Both the position numbers and the translations under genes were made by a program. The notes under the pieces were generated by a model, which ran no database searches, was not told the origin of the DNA, and saw only the letters and a list, made by a program, of their open reading frames with translations. This document shows positions 11,605 through 22,606 of a DNA stretch of 64,000 nt, piece after piece. The stretch is from Vicugna vicugna (taxonomy: Eukaryota), in contig MU058213.1 of the NCBI GenBank assembly GCA_013265495.1, positions 682,001-746,000 of the forward strand, in the 5' to 3' direction. Within the stretch, counting starts at the first letter, position 1. Each line of letters starts with the position of its first letter.

Positions 11605-12150
11605 TCATATGTTGCTGACAGGAATGTTAAATAGTACAACTGCTCTGGAAAACGGTCTGGCAGTTCCTGAACATGTTAAAAACACACAAACACCTTGCAA
11701 AAGAATGGTCATGGCAGCATTATTCAATAATATTCCCAAAGTGCAAACAACCCAAATGTCCATCCACAGATGAATAGATAAAGTGTGGGGTAGCAATGGA
11801 GTATTGCTCAGCCATGAAAAGGAATGAAGTACTGATATATGCTACAACATGGATAAACCTTGAAAACATGCTGAATGAAAAAAGTCAGACTCTAATAGCC
11901 AGACTCTAAAAGCCACTTGTATAATTCCATTCATATAAATTGTCCAGGCAAATCCATAGAGACAGTAGATTACTGGTTGTTGCTGGGGGAGAGGGAATTA
12001 GGAATGACTGCCTAATGGATATGGGTTTTTGTTTTTTTTGAGGAGATGAAAATGTCTGGAATTTGATAATGGTGATGGTTGCACAACATTGTAAATATAC
12101 TGAACTGTCTACAATGGGTAAAATGGTGAGTTTTATCTAAAAATTACAAA
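11605..12150 (+). mobile_element. Old L1 (L1M-type) 3' end
   Basis: AACAACCCAAATGTCCATC...GGAATGAAGTACTGATATATGCTACAACATGGATAAACCTTGAAAACATGCT motifs. Confidence 0.8.
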
Positions 12151-12629
12151 AAATAATAGAACAAATACCCAGCAAATTAATTTCAGTAGCAGTTTTAATT
12201 CCCAACGACTTTATCCCAGGAAGATTGTTAAATGGCTTCCAAGTCTGAGGCATTAATTTTTGCTTCAGTGTTGTGTTCTAGTTTCCTCTTTGCTGCTCCC
12301 TTGGGAATATTTCTGCCCTGTTTGTTACTTCTGCTGTGCAGTTGGAGTTTTCTTTCAATGTCTGGCGAGTCTTGGAGGTTAGGTAATCGTTGCCGATGAG
12401 GGTCTAGATCAGTACTTCTAACAAGGGCTGCTGGTTAGACCCTCCTGGGTTTGCTGAGGTTGGCATGTAGACCAACTGTAGCAGAACTTCAGGGGTGGTG
12501 GGAGAGGCCCTGAGTATTGGTGTAAAGCCTCCTCAGGTGGTTCTTTGTGTGCCTGGACTTGAGAGCTACTAATCTAGATTAAATGATATGCTGGCTCTGG
12601 CCAAGTCTGAGCCCCTGTTTCCTGGTAGG

Positions 12630-15600
12630 AACTCTTACCTTTGCTGATAGTGAGGGCCCAGGAACCGCTACCTTAGGCGACTGTGGGGGCCATGAAAACT
12701 CTCACCATAGGTGATTGTGGGCCCGGGACTCCCTAATTTAGGTGATTGTAGGGTGAGGGGAATCCAGATGATTGTGGGGCCGGGTAACTCTACAAAGGTG
12801 ACTGTAGGGGCCCAGGAAAGCCTAACTAGTCTAACTTCGGTGATTGGGTGCACAGGAAAACTTAGCTTAGGTGATTGTGGTCCCAGGAAAACTCAACTTA
12901 GGTGACTGTGGGGGCCCAGAAATCTCTACCTTAGGTGATTATGGGGCTCTTGGGAACTGTACCTTAAACAATTGTTGGTGCTTAGGAAGATCTACGTTAG
13001 TTCATCGAGGGGGCCAATAATTCTATCTTAGCGATTGTAGGGGTCCAGAAATTTCTGCCTTAGGTTATTGTAGGAGCCCAGCTCTACCTGGATGGATGTG
13101 GGAGGCCATGAACTCTGTTTTAGGTGATTGTAGGGGTGCAGGAAATTGTAGCTTAGGTGATTATGGGCCCAGGAAACTCTACCTAAGGCAAGTGTAAGGG
13201 GACAGGAAACTAGCTTTTGTGATTATGGGGTTCAGGAACTCTACCTCAGGTGATCGTGGAACCAGAATACTCAACCTTAGGAGATTGTGGGTACCCAGGA
13301 ATCTACCTTAGTTCATTGTGGGGGACAGGATACTAAACCTTAGTGATTTGGGGGCCCCAGGAAGTTGTACTTTAGATAATATTGACAACCCTGGAGACTC
13401 TACCTAAGGTAATTTTGGGGCTCCAATATCTATACCTTAGGTGATTTGGGGAGCACCAGAATCTCTAACTTAGGGACTGTGGAAACTCTAACATAGGGAT
13501 GGGGTGGGGGGAGCCAGGAAACTATACCTATGTCCATTGTAGGGGCCAGGAAACTATATGCTAGTGATCTTGGCGCCCCAGGAAACTACGTTAGGTGGTT
13601 TTTGAGGTCAGGAAACTACCTTAGTTGATTTTGGGGGGTATAAGAAATTCTACCCAGGAAATGCTACAGTAGGTGATCAGGCCCCAAACTCTACGTTATG
13701 TGATTGTAGTAGGCCATAAATCTCTAGGTGATTTGGGGGGTCTTAAAAACTACTTCAGGTGATTGTGGGCACCCAGGAAACTCTGTCTTAGGTGACTGTG
13801 CATCCAGGAAAACTCCACCTTAGGTGATTATAGGAGCAGGACGCTCTACTCTAGTTCATTGTGGGGGCCCTGAAACTCTACCAGTGATTTTGGTGTCCCA
13901 GGCAACTTTACCTTAGATGATTTAGGAGGCCCAGAAACCTCTAGAACCAGAACTTATGTGCTTACTGGGGGCCCATGATATCCTATGTTAGGTGATTATG
14001 GCGGGTGGCAGGTACTCTACCTTAGGTGATTGTGGAGGGTGGCTAGGAACTCTGAGGTGATTTGGGGGGCCCAGGCAAAACTACCTTAGATGACGTAGTT
14101 GTAGAAAACTCTACCATAGGAATTGTGGGGTGCCACGACACTCTAGCTTAGCTGGTCATGGGGGCTCAGAAAATTCTAGCTTAAGTGACTGTGGGACCCT
14201 GGAATTCTAGCTTAGATGATTGTGGGAGGTCCGAGAGACTCCAGCTTGGGTGACTGTGAATACTCTGCCTGGAAAGTCTACCTTAAGTGATTGTGGGGAA
14301 AGGATATCTACCTTAATTGATTTTCGGCCCAGGAGAATCTACGTAACACAATCGTGAGGGGCCAGGAATATCTGCCTTAGGTGGTTTTGGTCTCAGGAAA
14401 CTATAGCTTCAGTGGTTGTGGGGGCAAGGGTAATTTTACCTTATGTGATTGTGACTGTAGACTCTCCAAGTCACCATAAGTGACTGTGAGAGTCCAGAAA
14501 TCACTACCTTAGGTAATCGTGGGAACCCAAACCCTATTACTTTAGGTGATGGTGGGGCTCCAGGAGACTGTACCTTAGGTGAGTGCTGTCCAAGCAAACT
14601 ATGCCATAATTGATTGTGGGGTCCCAGGAAACTCTGTATTAGGTGATTTCAGGGGACTAGGAAAATTAACTTAAGTGATTTGGTGGCCCAGGAACTCACT
14701 TGGTGGGGGAGGGGGTGGCAGGAAACTCGAGGTGATTGTGGGCGCTCAGGAAAACCGACCTTAGTTCATTGTAGGGGCCAGAAATTCTAACTGGTTGTAT
14801 GGGTCCAGGAAAGTCTGCCTTGGGTTATTGTGGGGACCCAGAAAACTCTAAAGTAGGTGACTGTGAACCTAGGAGTCTCCAACTGAAGTGACTGTAGGGG
14901 CAGGAATCTCTACCTGGGTGATTCTGTGGGCCTAGGAAACTCCACCTCTGGTGCCTGTGGGCCTAGGGAGGTCTACCTTCAGTGACTGTCGTGGCAAAGG
15001 AATGATACTTAAGGTGCCTGTGGGAATCCTGGAAAGTCTACTGTGATTGTGATGGCCCAGGAACTTCTACCGTAAGCGACGTGGGGGCACAGGAATCTCT
15101 GCCCTACGTGATGTGAGGGCCAAAAACATTTAGGTGATGGTGAGGGGGCCCAGGAGCTGCAACTTTTGGTCTTGATGGGGCCAGGATACTCTTTATTAGG
15201 GTGACTGGTAATTGTAGGGCCCAGGAACTTCTAGTGCAGGTGATGGTGGGGCACAGAGGATTTACCTTAGTTGATTGAGGGGGGCCAAGTAAAGTCTAAC
15301 TTAGGTGATTGTAGGGCAAGGAGACTCTACCTTGGGTGATTGTTGGTGCCCAAGAAACTACCTTATGTGAGTGCGAAGGGTCAGGAAATTCTGTTAAGTG
15401 ATTGTGGGGGACCAGGAAATTCTCTCTTACACAATTCTGTGGGATCTAAAATTATTACTTTAGATAATGGTGGCTTCAGGAAAATCTAACTATGGTGATT
15501 TTGGGAGCCCAGAAAAATTCTACCTAGGTGATTTGGGGGCCCAGGAATTCTATATAAGTTGATTGTGGGGGGCCTAGTAAAATCTACCTTAGGGCATTGT

Positions 15601-17670
15601 GGGGCCCTGCAAACTCTACCTCAAGTGATTTGGGGGTGGCTGAGGAAATTCTGTGTAGGTGACTGTAAGGGACCAGGAAAATCTAGCTAAATTGATGGTG
15701 GGCCCAGGGCCCTCCAACTTAGGTGACTATGAGGACCCAGAAAACTCTAACTTAGGCATTGTGGGCCCCAGAAACTCTATGGTAGGTGAGTGAGGCCTAA
15801 ACTCTACCTATGGTGACAGGGAGTTTCAGGAAGCCCTACTGTAGGGGTTTATGTGGCCCCAAGGAACTCTGTGTTAGGTAATATTAGGCCCCCATGATTA
15901 AGGTACAGTTTCTTGGGCACCCACAATCACATAAGTTCTTGTTAGCTGGGCTCCCACAATCACCTAAGATTTATTTCCAGGGCCTTCAAAATTCCTTAAG
16001 TTAGAGATCTGAGTCTTGAAAAATCACCTGACAGACTTTCCTGGCCCCTCACAAACATACTAGCTTCCTGGGCTCTGACAATAACCTAAGGTATTATTTC
16101 CTGGATCCCCACCATCACTTAAGGTAGCGTTTTTGACCCCCCAAATCTCCTGGAACCTAGAAACCTCTACCTTAGGTGAAAGTTGGGGCCCAGGAAACTT
16201 CTAGCTCAGGTGATTACGGGGGTCAGGGAATTCTAGCTTAAGTGATTGTACGTGCCCAAGAAACTATGCCTTAGATGTTTTTAGGGGCCTAGGAAACTAC
16301 CTTAGGTGACTGTGAGGCCAGGAAACTCTAAGTGATTGTGGAGCCCCAGGAACTCTGCCTTAGGTAAATTGTGAAGGACAAGGAACTCTACCTTAGTTGA
16401 CTGTGAAATCCCAGGAAACTCTAACTTGGTTGATTGTGGGACAGGGAACCTCTACATTAGGTGATTGCAGGTGTCTAGGAAAACTCGACTGTAGGCGATG
16501 GTGAGACCCAAGAAACTTGATCTTACTTGACTGTGGGAGCCCAGATTACTTGACCTTAGATAATTTGGGGCCAGAGTATTCTACCTTAGATGACTATAGG
16601 GGCCCTGGAAAGTCTACCTTAGGTGTTTGTAGGGGCCTATGAGTATTGATCTTAGGTGATTATGGGAGGCCAGGATGTCTACCTTAGTTAATTCTGAAGG
16701 GGCCAGGAAAATCTACCATGAGTGATCATGAGGCCCCAGGAATCTCTACCTTATTTGATGGTGGGGTATAGGAATTTTGACCTTAGGTAATCACCTCATC
16801 TTGAAGTGATGGTGGGAGACAAGATAATCTACCATAGCTGATTGTGGAGGGCCAGGATTGCCTACTTATTTGACTCTGACACCCAGGAAACCCTGCCTTA
16901 GGTGATCGGGGGAGCTTAGGGAACTCCAACTTAGTAGATTGTAAGGGCCTATGATTATCAAACTTAGGTGATTGTTGGGGGCCAGCATGCTCTAACTTAA
17001 TTGATTGGATTGTGGAGGGGCTAGGAAATTGTACCCTAGTGTTTGTGAGGATATAGGAAACACTACTTTCAGTGATTGTGGGGGCCTAGGAACTCTACCT
17101 TATGTGGTTGTGGGGGGCCCATGAAATCAACTGGAAAATCTACTTTTTATGATTATGGGGACCCAGGAAACTATACATTAGGTGATAGTAAGGGCCTGGG
17201 AAATTCAACCATAGTGATTGTGGGACCCACAAAACTCAACCTTAGGTGATGGTGGGGGCTCAGTAAATTCTTCCTTGGTGACTGGAGGGTGCTGGAATTC
17301 GAATTTAGGTGATTGTGGGGATTCAGGAATCTCTACTTAGGAGATTGTTGGTCAGGGAAACTCTACCTTGACTGTGGGGTCCCCAGAAATTAGAACTTAG
17401 GTGATTATAAGCCTGGGAAACTCAACCTTAGGAAACCATGGTGGCCCAAGGAAGTTGACACTAGGAGATTGTGGAGGCCCAGAAAACTCCTTGGTGATTG
17501 AGGGGACCTGGAAATTCAACCTTTAGTGTTCGTACAAGGTGCTGGAAACTCCACCTTAGGTGATTGTAGGGGAACCAGGTATCTTAGGTTATTGTGGGAA
17601 GACAGGAAACTCAACCTTAGTTGAGGGTGGGGCACCAGAAAATTCTGCCATAGGTGATACTGGGACACAT
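12630..17670 (+). repeat. Diverged tandem satellite, ~32-bp unit, roughly 150-160 copies
   Basis: Continuous repeats of approximately CCTTAGGTGATTGTGGGGGCCCAGGAAACTCTA; AGGTGA-like anchors recur every ~26-34 bp. Copy number is estimated from length. Confidence 0.95.
15888..16151 (-). repeat. Inverted segment within the satellite (~8 units)
   Basis: Units read as the reverse complement (TTTCCTGGG..CCCACAATCACCTAAG), then revert. Confidence 0.92.
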
Positions 17671-19046
17671 GAATATATATATATATTTTTAATTAAAGTA
17701 TAGTCAGTTTACACTGTTGGGTCGAGATCTGGTGTACAGATGTTTCAGTCATATATATAAATATATTTGTTTTCATATTCTTTTACATTATAGGTTACAC
17801 AAGATATTGAATATAGTTCCCTGTGCTACAGAGTATAAACTAATTTAACTATTTTATATATAGTAATTAGTATCTACTAAACTCAAAATTCCCAGTTTAA
17901 ACCTTTCCATGCCATTCCCCTCCTGGTAACCTGGTATGTTTTCTATGGCTGAGTCTGCTTCTGTTTTGTAATTTTGAGATTCCACCTGTAAGTGGAAACA
18001 GATGCTATTCTTCTTTCTCTTTCTGGCTAACTGAACTTAGAATGATGAACTCCGGGCCCATCCATGATGTTGCAAACAGCATTATTTTATTTTATTATGG
18101 CTGAGTAGTATTCCATTGTAAAAATATCCATAATTTCTCAATCCAGACATCTGTTGATAACCATCTAAGTTGACTTGGCTCGGCTATTGTATATAATGTC
18201 GCTATGAACATTGGGGTGCATGTATCTTCTCAATTTAAACTGCTCTCTGGATATATACACAGGAGTGTGATTGCTGGAACATATGGTAAGTGCAGTTTTA
18301 GTTTTTTGAGGAATCTCCAGTGTTTTCCATAATGGCTGCACCAAACTACATTGTCACCAGCACTGTAGGAGGGTTCCATTTTCTCCAGAATTTATTGTTT
18401 TTGGACTTGTTAATGATGGTCAGTCTGACTGGTGTGAGGTGATACCGGATTGTAGTTTTGATTTGCAGTTCTCTGATTATGAGCGATATGGAGCATTTCT
18501 TTCTGGGAGTATTGGCCATCTGTGTGTCGTCAGTGGGGAATTGCATGTTTAGGTCTTCTGCCCATTTTTGGACTGGGTTATTTGTTTATTGTTACTAGAT
18601 GTGTGGGCTGGTTAGATACTGTGGAAATTAAGTCCATGTCAGCCTGCTATTTTGCAAATATTTCCTCCCATTTTTGATTTGGTTATGACTTCCTTTGCTG
18701 TGCCAAAGCTTGTAAGTTTAATTAAGTCCCAGTGTTTAATTTCTACAGCCTGAGGAGACTGGCCTAGGAGAAGTTTGCTAGGATTTATATCAGCTAATGT
18801 TCTACCTATGTGTTCTTCTAAGACGTTTATAGTGTCTGGTCTTCTGTCTTTAATCCATTTGCAGTAAACTTTTATGTACGGTGTGAGGGAGTATTCTAAG
18901 AGCACTGAGTTACCTGCAGCTGTCCGGAGTTCTCAACAGCATTTGTTGAGGAGACCGTCTTTGCTCTGTTGTGTGTGTATATATATTTTTTTGGGGGGGG
19001 GGGGGTATGCCCTTACTTTTAATAAAAAATTTTTTTTCTCCAACAA

Positions 19047-19446
19047 NNNNNNNNNNNNNNNNNNNNNNNNNNNNNNNNNNNNNNNNNNNNNNNNNNNNNN
19101 NNNNNNNNNNNNNNNNNNNNNNNNNNNNNNNNNNNNNNNNNNNNNNNNNNNNNNNNNNNNNNNNNNNNNNNNNNNNNNNNNNNNNNNNNNNNNNNNNNNN
19201 NNNNNNNNNNNNNNNNNNNNNNNNNNNNNNNNNNNNNNNNNNNNNNNNNNNNNNNNNNNNNNNNNNNNNNNNNNNNNNNNNNNNNNNNNNNNNNNNNNNN
19301 NNNNNNNNNNNNNNNNNNNNNNNNNNNNNNNNNNNNNNNNNNNNNNNNNNNNNNNNNNNNNNNNNNNNNNNNNNNNNNNNNNNNNNNNNNNNNNNNNNNN
19401 NNNNNNNNNNNNNNNNNNNNNNNNNNNNNNNNNNNNNNNNNNNNNN
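19047..19446. other. Assembly gap (400 N) with duplicated flanks
   Basis: Run of N; ~45 bp left of the gap is repeated immediately right of it. Confidence 0.98.
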
Positions 19447-20265
19447 GGGGATATGCACTTACTTTTAATAAAAAATTTTTTTTCTCCAACAACTGATTGA
19501 TTTGCACATGGAGGTCCATGACTCATGGTCAATTCTCAAATACAGGCAACTGTTTGGACCCGCGGAGAATCGTTCACAACCCCCCAGGACATATCCACGG
19601 CCTCCTCCCTCCAAGGATGACATGAGCAACCAAAGTCTGCATATTTCTTTCAGCTTCCAGGGTTAAAGCCCAAGAAAGCGCCTCCTTCTGACTGAAGGAG
19701 GGTCTTCACATCCTCGAGAGGGGCGTCTCCACTTGGCCCTGCCGGGCAGCAGGTGTGGCTACTCCAGGTCACCACACCTGGCACGTCTGGATCACCTGCA
19801 AGGCCCTCACCTCCTCCATGCTCTTGTCCTTCTCCACCGTGGCTAGGAGGGACTGCTCTGTTTCCAGCTGCTTGAGACACGAACGCCACCAGGTTCTTGG
19901 CAAAGACGTGGATGAGAGGCTCGTCTGGCCCGAGGAGGACTTTAGTGGTGAGCACGGGCTTGCTGATGCCACTGGTCACGTTGCTGGGTTCCAGGGAGAC
20001 CAGGGTCCCCATTTTCCCGAACTGGATCACCACCACCAGGATGTGGCTGCTGAAGGCTGTGCAGACCACCTGGGTTGGGCCACCACACACCACTTGAGTC
20101 TTCTGTTTTGATACCACCAATGGTTTGCCTTTCATGGCTGGGTCTGTTCAATGGTAACTTGAGTTTATGTTTAAAAGAAAGGGGGGGGGGAGTAAATCAG
20201 TCAGTTTCAGATAGGACTTGGGGGTCCAGAATATGTACCACTTGGGATTAAAACAGAGTAAGAGG

Positions 20266-20352
20266 TGGGGGGCGTACAGCTGAGTGGTAGAGCGGATGCT
20301 TATCATGCATGAGGTCCTGGGTTCAATCCCCAGCACCTACTTTAGAAAAAAA
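20266..20352 (+). mobile_element. tRNA-derived SINE inside the 5' part of the retrocopy
   Basis: AGCTGAGTGGTAGAGCGGATGCTTATCATGCATGAGGTCCTGGGTTCAATCCCCAG plus A tail. Confidence 0.9.
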
Positions 20353-20399
20353 ATGTAGGCGCATTCAAAAGCCTGTCTCTGGTTATCCATAGAGGTTTC

Positions 20400-20790
20400 A
20401 CTCGCCTATACGCAGGCCAGGCAAAGGCGGGATGTCAAACACGCTTTTGTCTCTCGAGGTAGGTTGGGGTTCTCCTCTCCCACGCGCCGGGGGCCCCCAC
20501 ACCGTCCTGAGGCTCCCAGTTGAGTCGCGGGCGGGGAAGGGAGCGCCGCAGGTGCAGAAGCAGGACCCGGGCCGGTGGCCGCTGCGCCCCCGCCGCCCCT
20601 CCGGTCCGCCCGCTGAGGTTTCATTTTGCCTGTCTGGGGACACCACCGGTCCCGCAGGAGCAGCAGCACCGCCACCACGGCGCGCGGCAGAGGGCGGCAG
20701 GCGCTGCACGGGGCCCGCGGGGACGCCCGCCCGCCGCCCGCGTTCGCCGCCCCGCCCCGCGCCGCGCCCGGGAGTCGCTCCGTTGTATAT
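20400..20790. promoter_or_regulatory. CpG-island-like segment at the 5' end of the PSMG3 retrocopy
   Basis: Very GC- and CpG-rich, multiple CCGCCC boxes, located inside the TSD pair. Confidence 0.75.
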
Positions 20791-20912
20791 TCGTGCCCTC
20801 TCTGGGAAAGATTGACTCAAAGTCTGTGGGTTTATTTGTGGGCCCTGTGTTCGGTTCTGTTAATCCCTATGTCCGTTTTTGTACCAATCCCATGCCGTTT
20901 TTTATTCTGTGT

Positions 20913-21910
20913 ATTTTTTCTGAGGAAGTATAATCAGTGATGCTGTGCCAATTTCTGGTGTAGAGCGTGGTGGCCCAGTCATGCATATAGACACATATAT
21001 TCATTTTCATATTTTTGTTCTTCAAAGGTTATTACATGCTCTTGATAATAGTTGACTGTGCTTTACAGGAGAAATTGGTGCTTTCTCTGTTTTCCTACAC
21101 CGTGGTTCATCTTTTCTCAAATTCTCAAATTTATCCCTTTCCACCCCCTTCCCCCTGGTAACCACAATATTGTTTACTGTCTCTGCGTGTCTGTTTCTGT
21201 CTTGTAGACGAGTTCACGAGTGCCCTCTTTTTCTGTGTTTTCTCTTGTTTGGATTCCAGATGTGTGTGCTATTGTTTGGTATTTTCCTTTCTGTCTCTGG
21301 CTTACTTCACTCAGAATGTTGTTCTCCAGCTGAATGCATGGTGCTGCAAATGGCTTTATTTCTAGTTTATGGCAGAGTGGTATTCCAGTGTGAGAATACC
21401 ACACAGCTGCTTTAACGAGTCATCATTTGTTGATGGACATTTAGGTTGCTTGTATGTCTTGGCTATTGTCTGCAGTGCTGCTCTGAAGATTGGGGTGTAT
21501 GTATCTATTCGAATTATTGTTCCCTGTGGATTTATACCTAGGATTAGGAGTGCCAGATCACGTGGTAAGTGTATTTTGAGTTTTTGTGAGGAATGTCCAG
21601 GGTGTCTTCGAAGCATAATGGCTGCATTGTCACCAGCACTCTAGGAGGGTTCCCTTTCCCCACAGCCTGTCAAGAATTGATCGTTTTTGGACTTTTGAAG
21701 GATGGCCGTGGTGACTGGTGAGTGGTGATACCTCATTGTGATTTTGATTTGCAGTTCTCTGATTACTAGTGATACTGAGCATTTCTTTCTGGGAGTATTG
21801 GCCATTTGTGTGTCTTCAGTGGGGAATTGTGTGTTTAGGTCTTTTGCCCATTTGTGGATTGGGTTGTATGTTTATTGTTCTTCCATGTGTGAGCTGGTTT
21901 TATATATATA
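20913..21910 (-). mobile_element. L1 3'-end unit B
   Basis: L1 3'UTR and ORF2 C-terminal remnants; shares unusual variants with unit A. Confidence 0.88.
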
Positions 21911-21911
21911 T

Positions 21912-22606
21912 AAATGAGATTGACAAAGGAGTAATTGCCAGAATGTATTACAAGCTCATACAACTTAAGAATAAAAAAGCAACCCACCTAAATAAGCAGT
22001 TCTCCAATGCACACATACAAATGGCCAACAGGACATGAAAAAATGCTGAATATCATGACTTAACGGGGAAATTCATATCAAAGCTACAGATGACTGGATA
22101 AAGAAGTTGTGCTATTCTTATACATTGGAATACTAGTCAGCCATAAAAAGGAATAAAATAATGCCATTTGCAGCTACATGGATGGACCTGGAGATCGTCA
22201 TTCTAAGTGAAGTAAGCTAGAAAGAGAAAGAAAAATACCATTTGATATCACTCATATGGAATCTTAAAAAAAAAAAAGAGACACAGAAACAAAAAGAGGA
22301 CCATAATGAACCCATCTACAAAACAGAAACAGACTCCCAAAAAGTAAACAATTTTATGGTTGCTGGGGGAAAGGGGGCAAGAGGGAAAAATTTCAGAGGT
22401 GGAGATTAGCAAAGGTTAACCACTGTATCTAAAAATAAATAAAAAAAAATTTCTCCTGTATAGTACAGTGAACTATATTCAGTATCTTACAATGACCTTT
22501 AATCAAAAAGAATGAAAAGGAGTATTTCTATATTTATGCATCACTGTGACTTTATGCTCTACAGGAGTAATTTACACACTGTAATTGACTAAACTTTAAA
22601 AAAAAA
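21912..22606 (+). mobile_element. L1 3'-end unit C (internally deleted)
   Basis: L1 ORF2 tail jumping at ~22088 to the late ORF2/3'UTR; ends in a poly(A). Confidence 0.85.

Larger units (their letters stand above)
18988..20776 (-). pseudogene. PSMG3: Processed retrocopy of PSMG3 (CDS 20135->19769, one frameshift) with 3'UTR, decayed A tail and long GC-rich 5' region
   Basis: MKGKPLVVSKQKTQVVCGGPTQVVCTAFSSHILVVV..GQ/PDEPLIHVFAKNLVAFVSQ..GNRAV, then LLA..KDKSME..VI..CQVW* in another frame; intronless CDS; minus-strand ATTAAA before the T-run; TSD-like GCTC(T/C)GTTGT..ATATT at ~18963 and 20777. Confidence 0.92.
17686..20912 (-). mobile_element. L1 3'-end unit A (~1.4 kb) split by the PSMG3 retrocopy
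   Basis: Degenerate ORF2 C-terminal peptides ([27 protein letters not shown]); L1 sequence stops near 18970 and resumes at 20777. Confidence 0.88.

Noticed and set aside
12630..17670. CRISPR array or telomeric repeat
   Set aside because: Eukaryotic context, no constant repeat with unique spacers, no cas genes; TTAGG occurs once per monomer, not as (TTAGGG)n.
18874..19532. Long ORFs spanning this region
   Set aside because: Artifacts of translating the N run.
20398..20940. Several overlapping 90-140 aa ORFs
   Set aside because: Arg/Pro/Gly/Ala-rich and open in many frames, as expected from extreme GC content.
20913..22606. Twin-priming inversion of a single L1
   Set aside because: Both arms contain the same 3' terminal sequence and their own tails; twin priming gives non-overlapping pieces.
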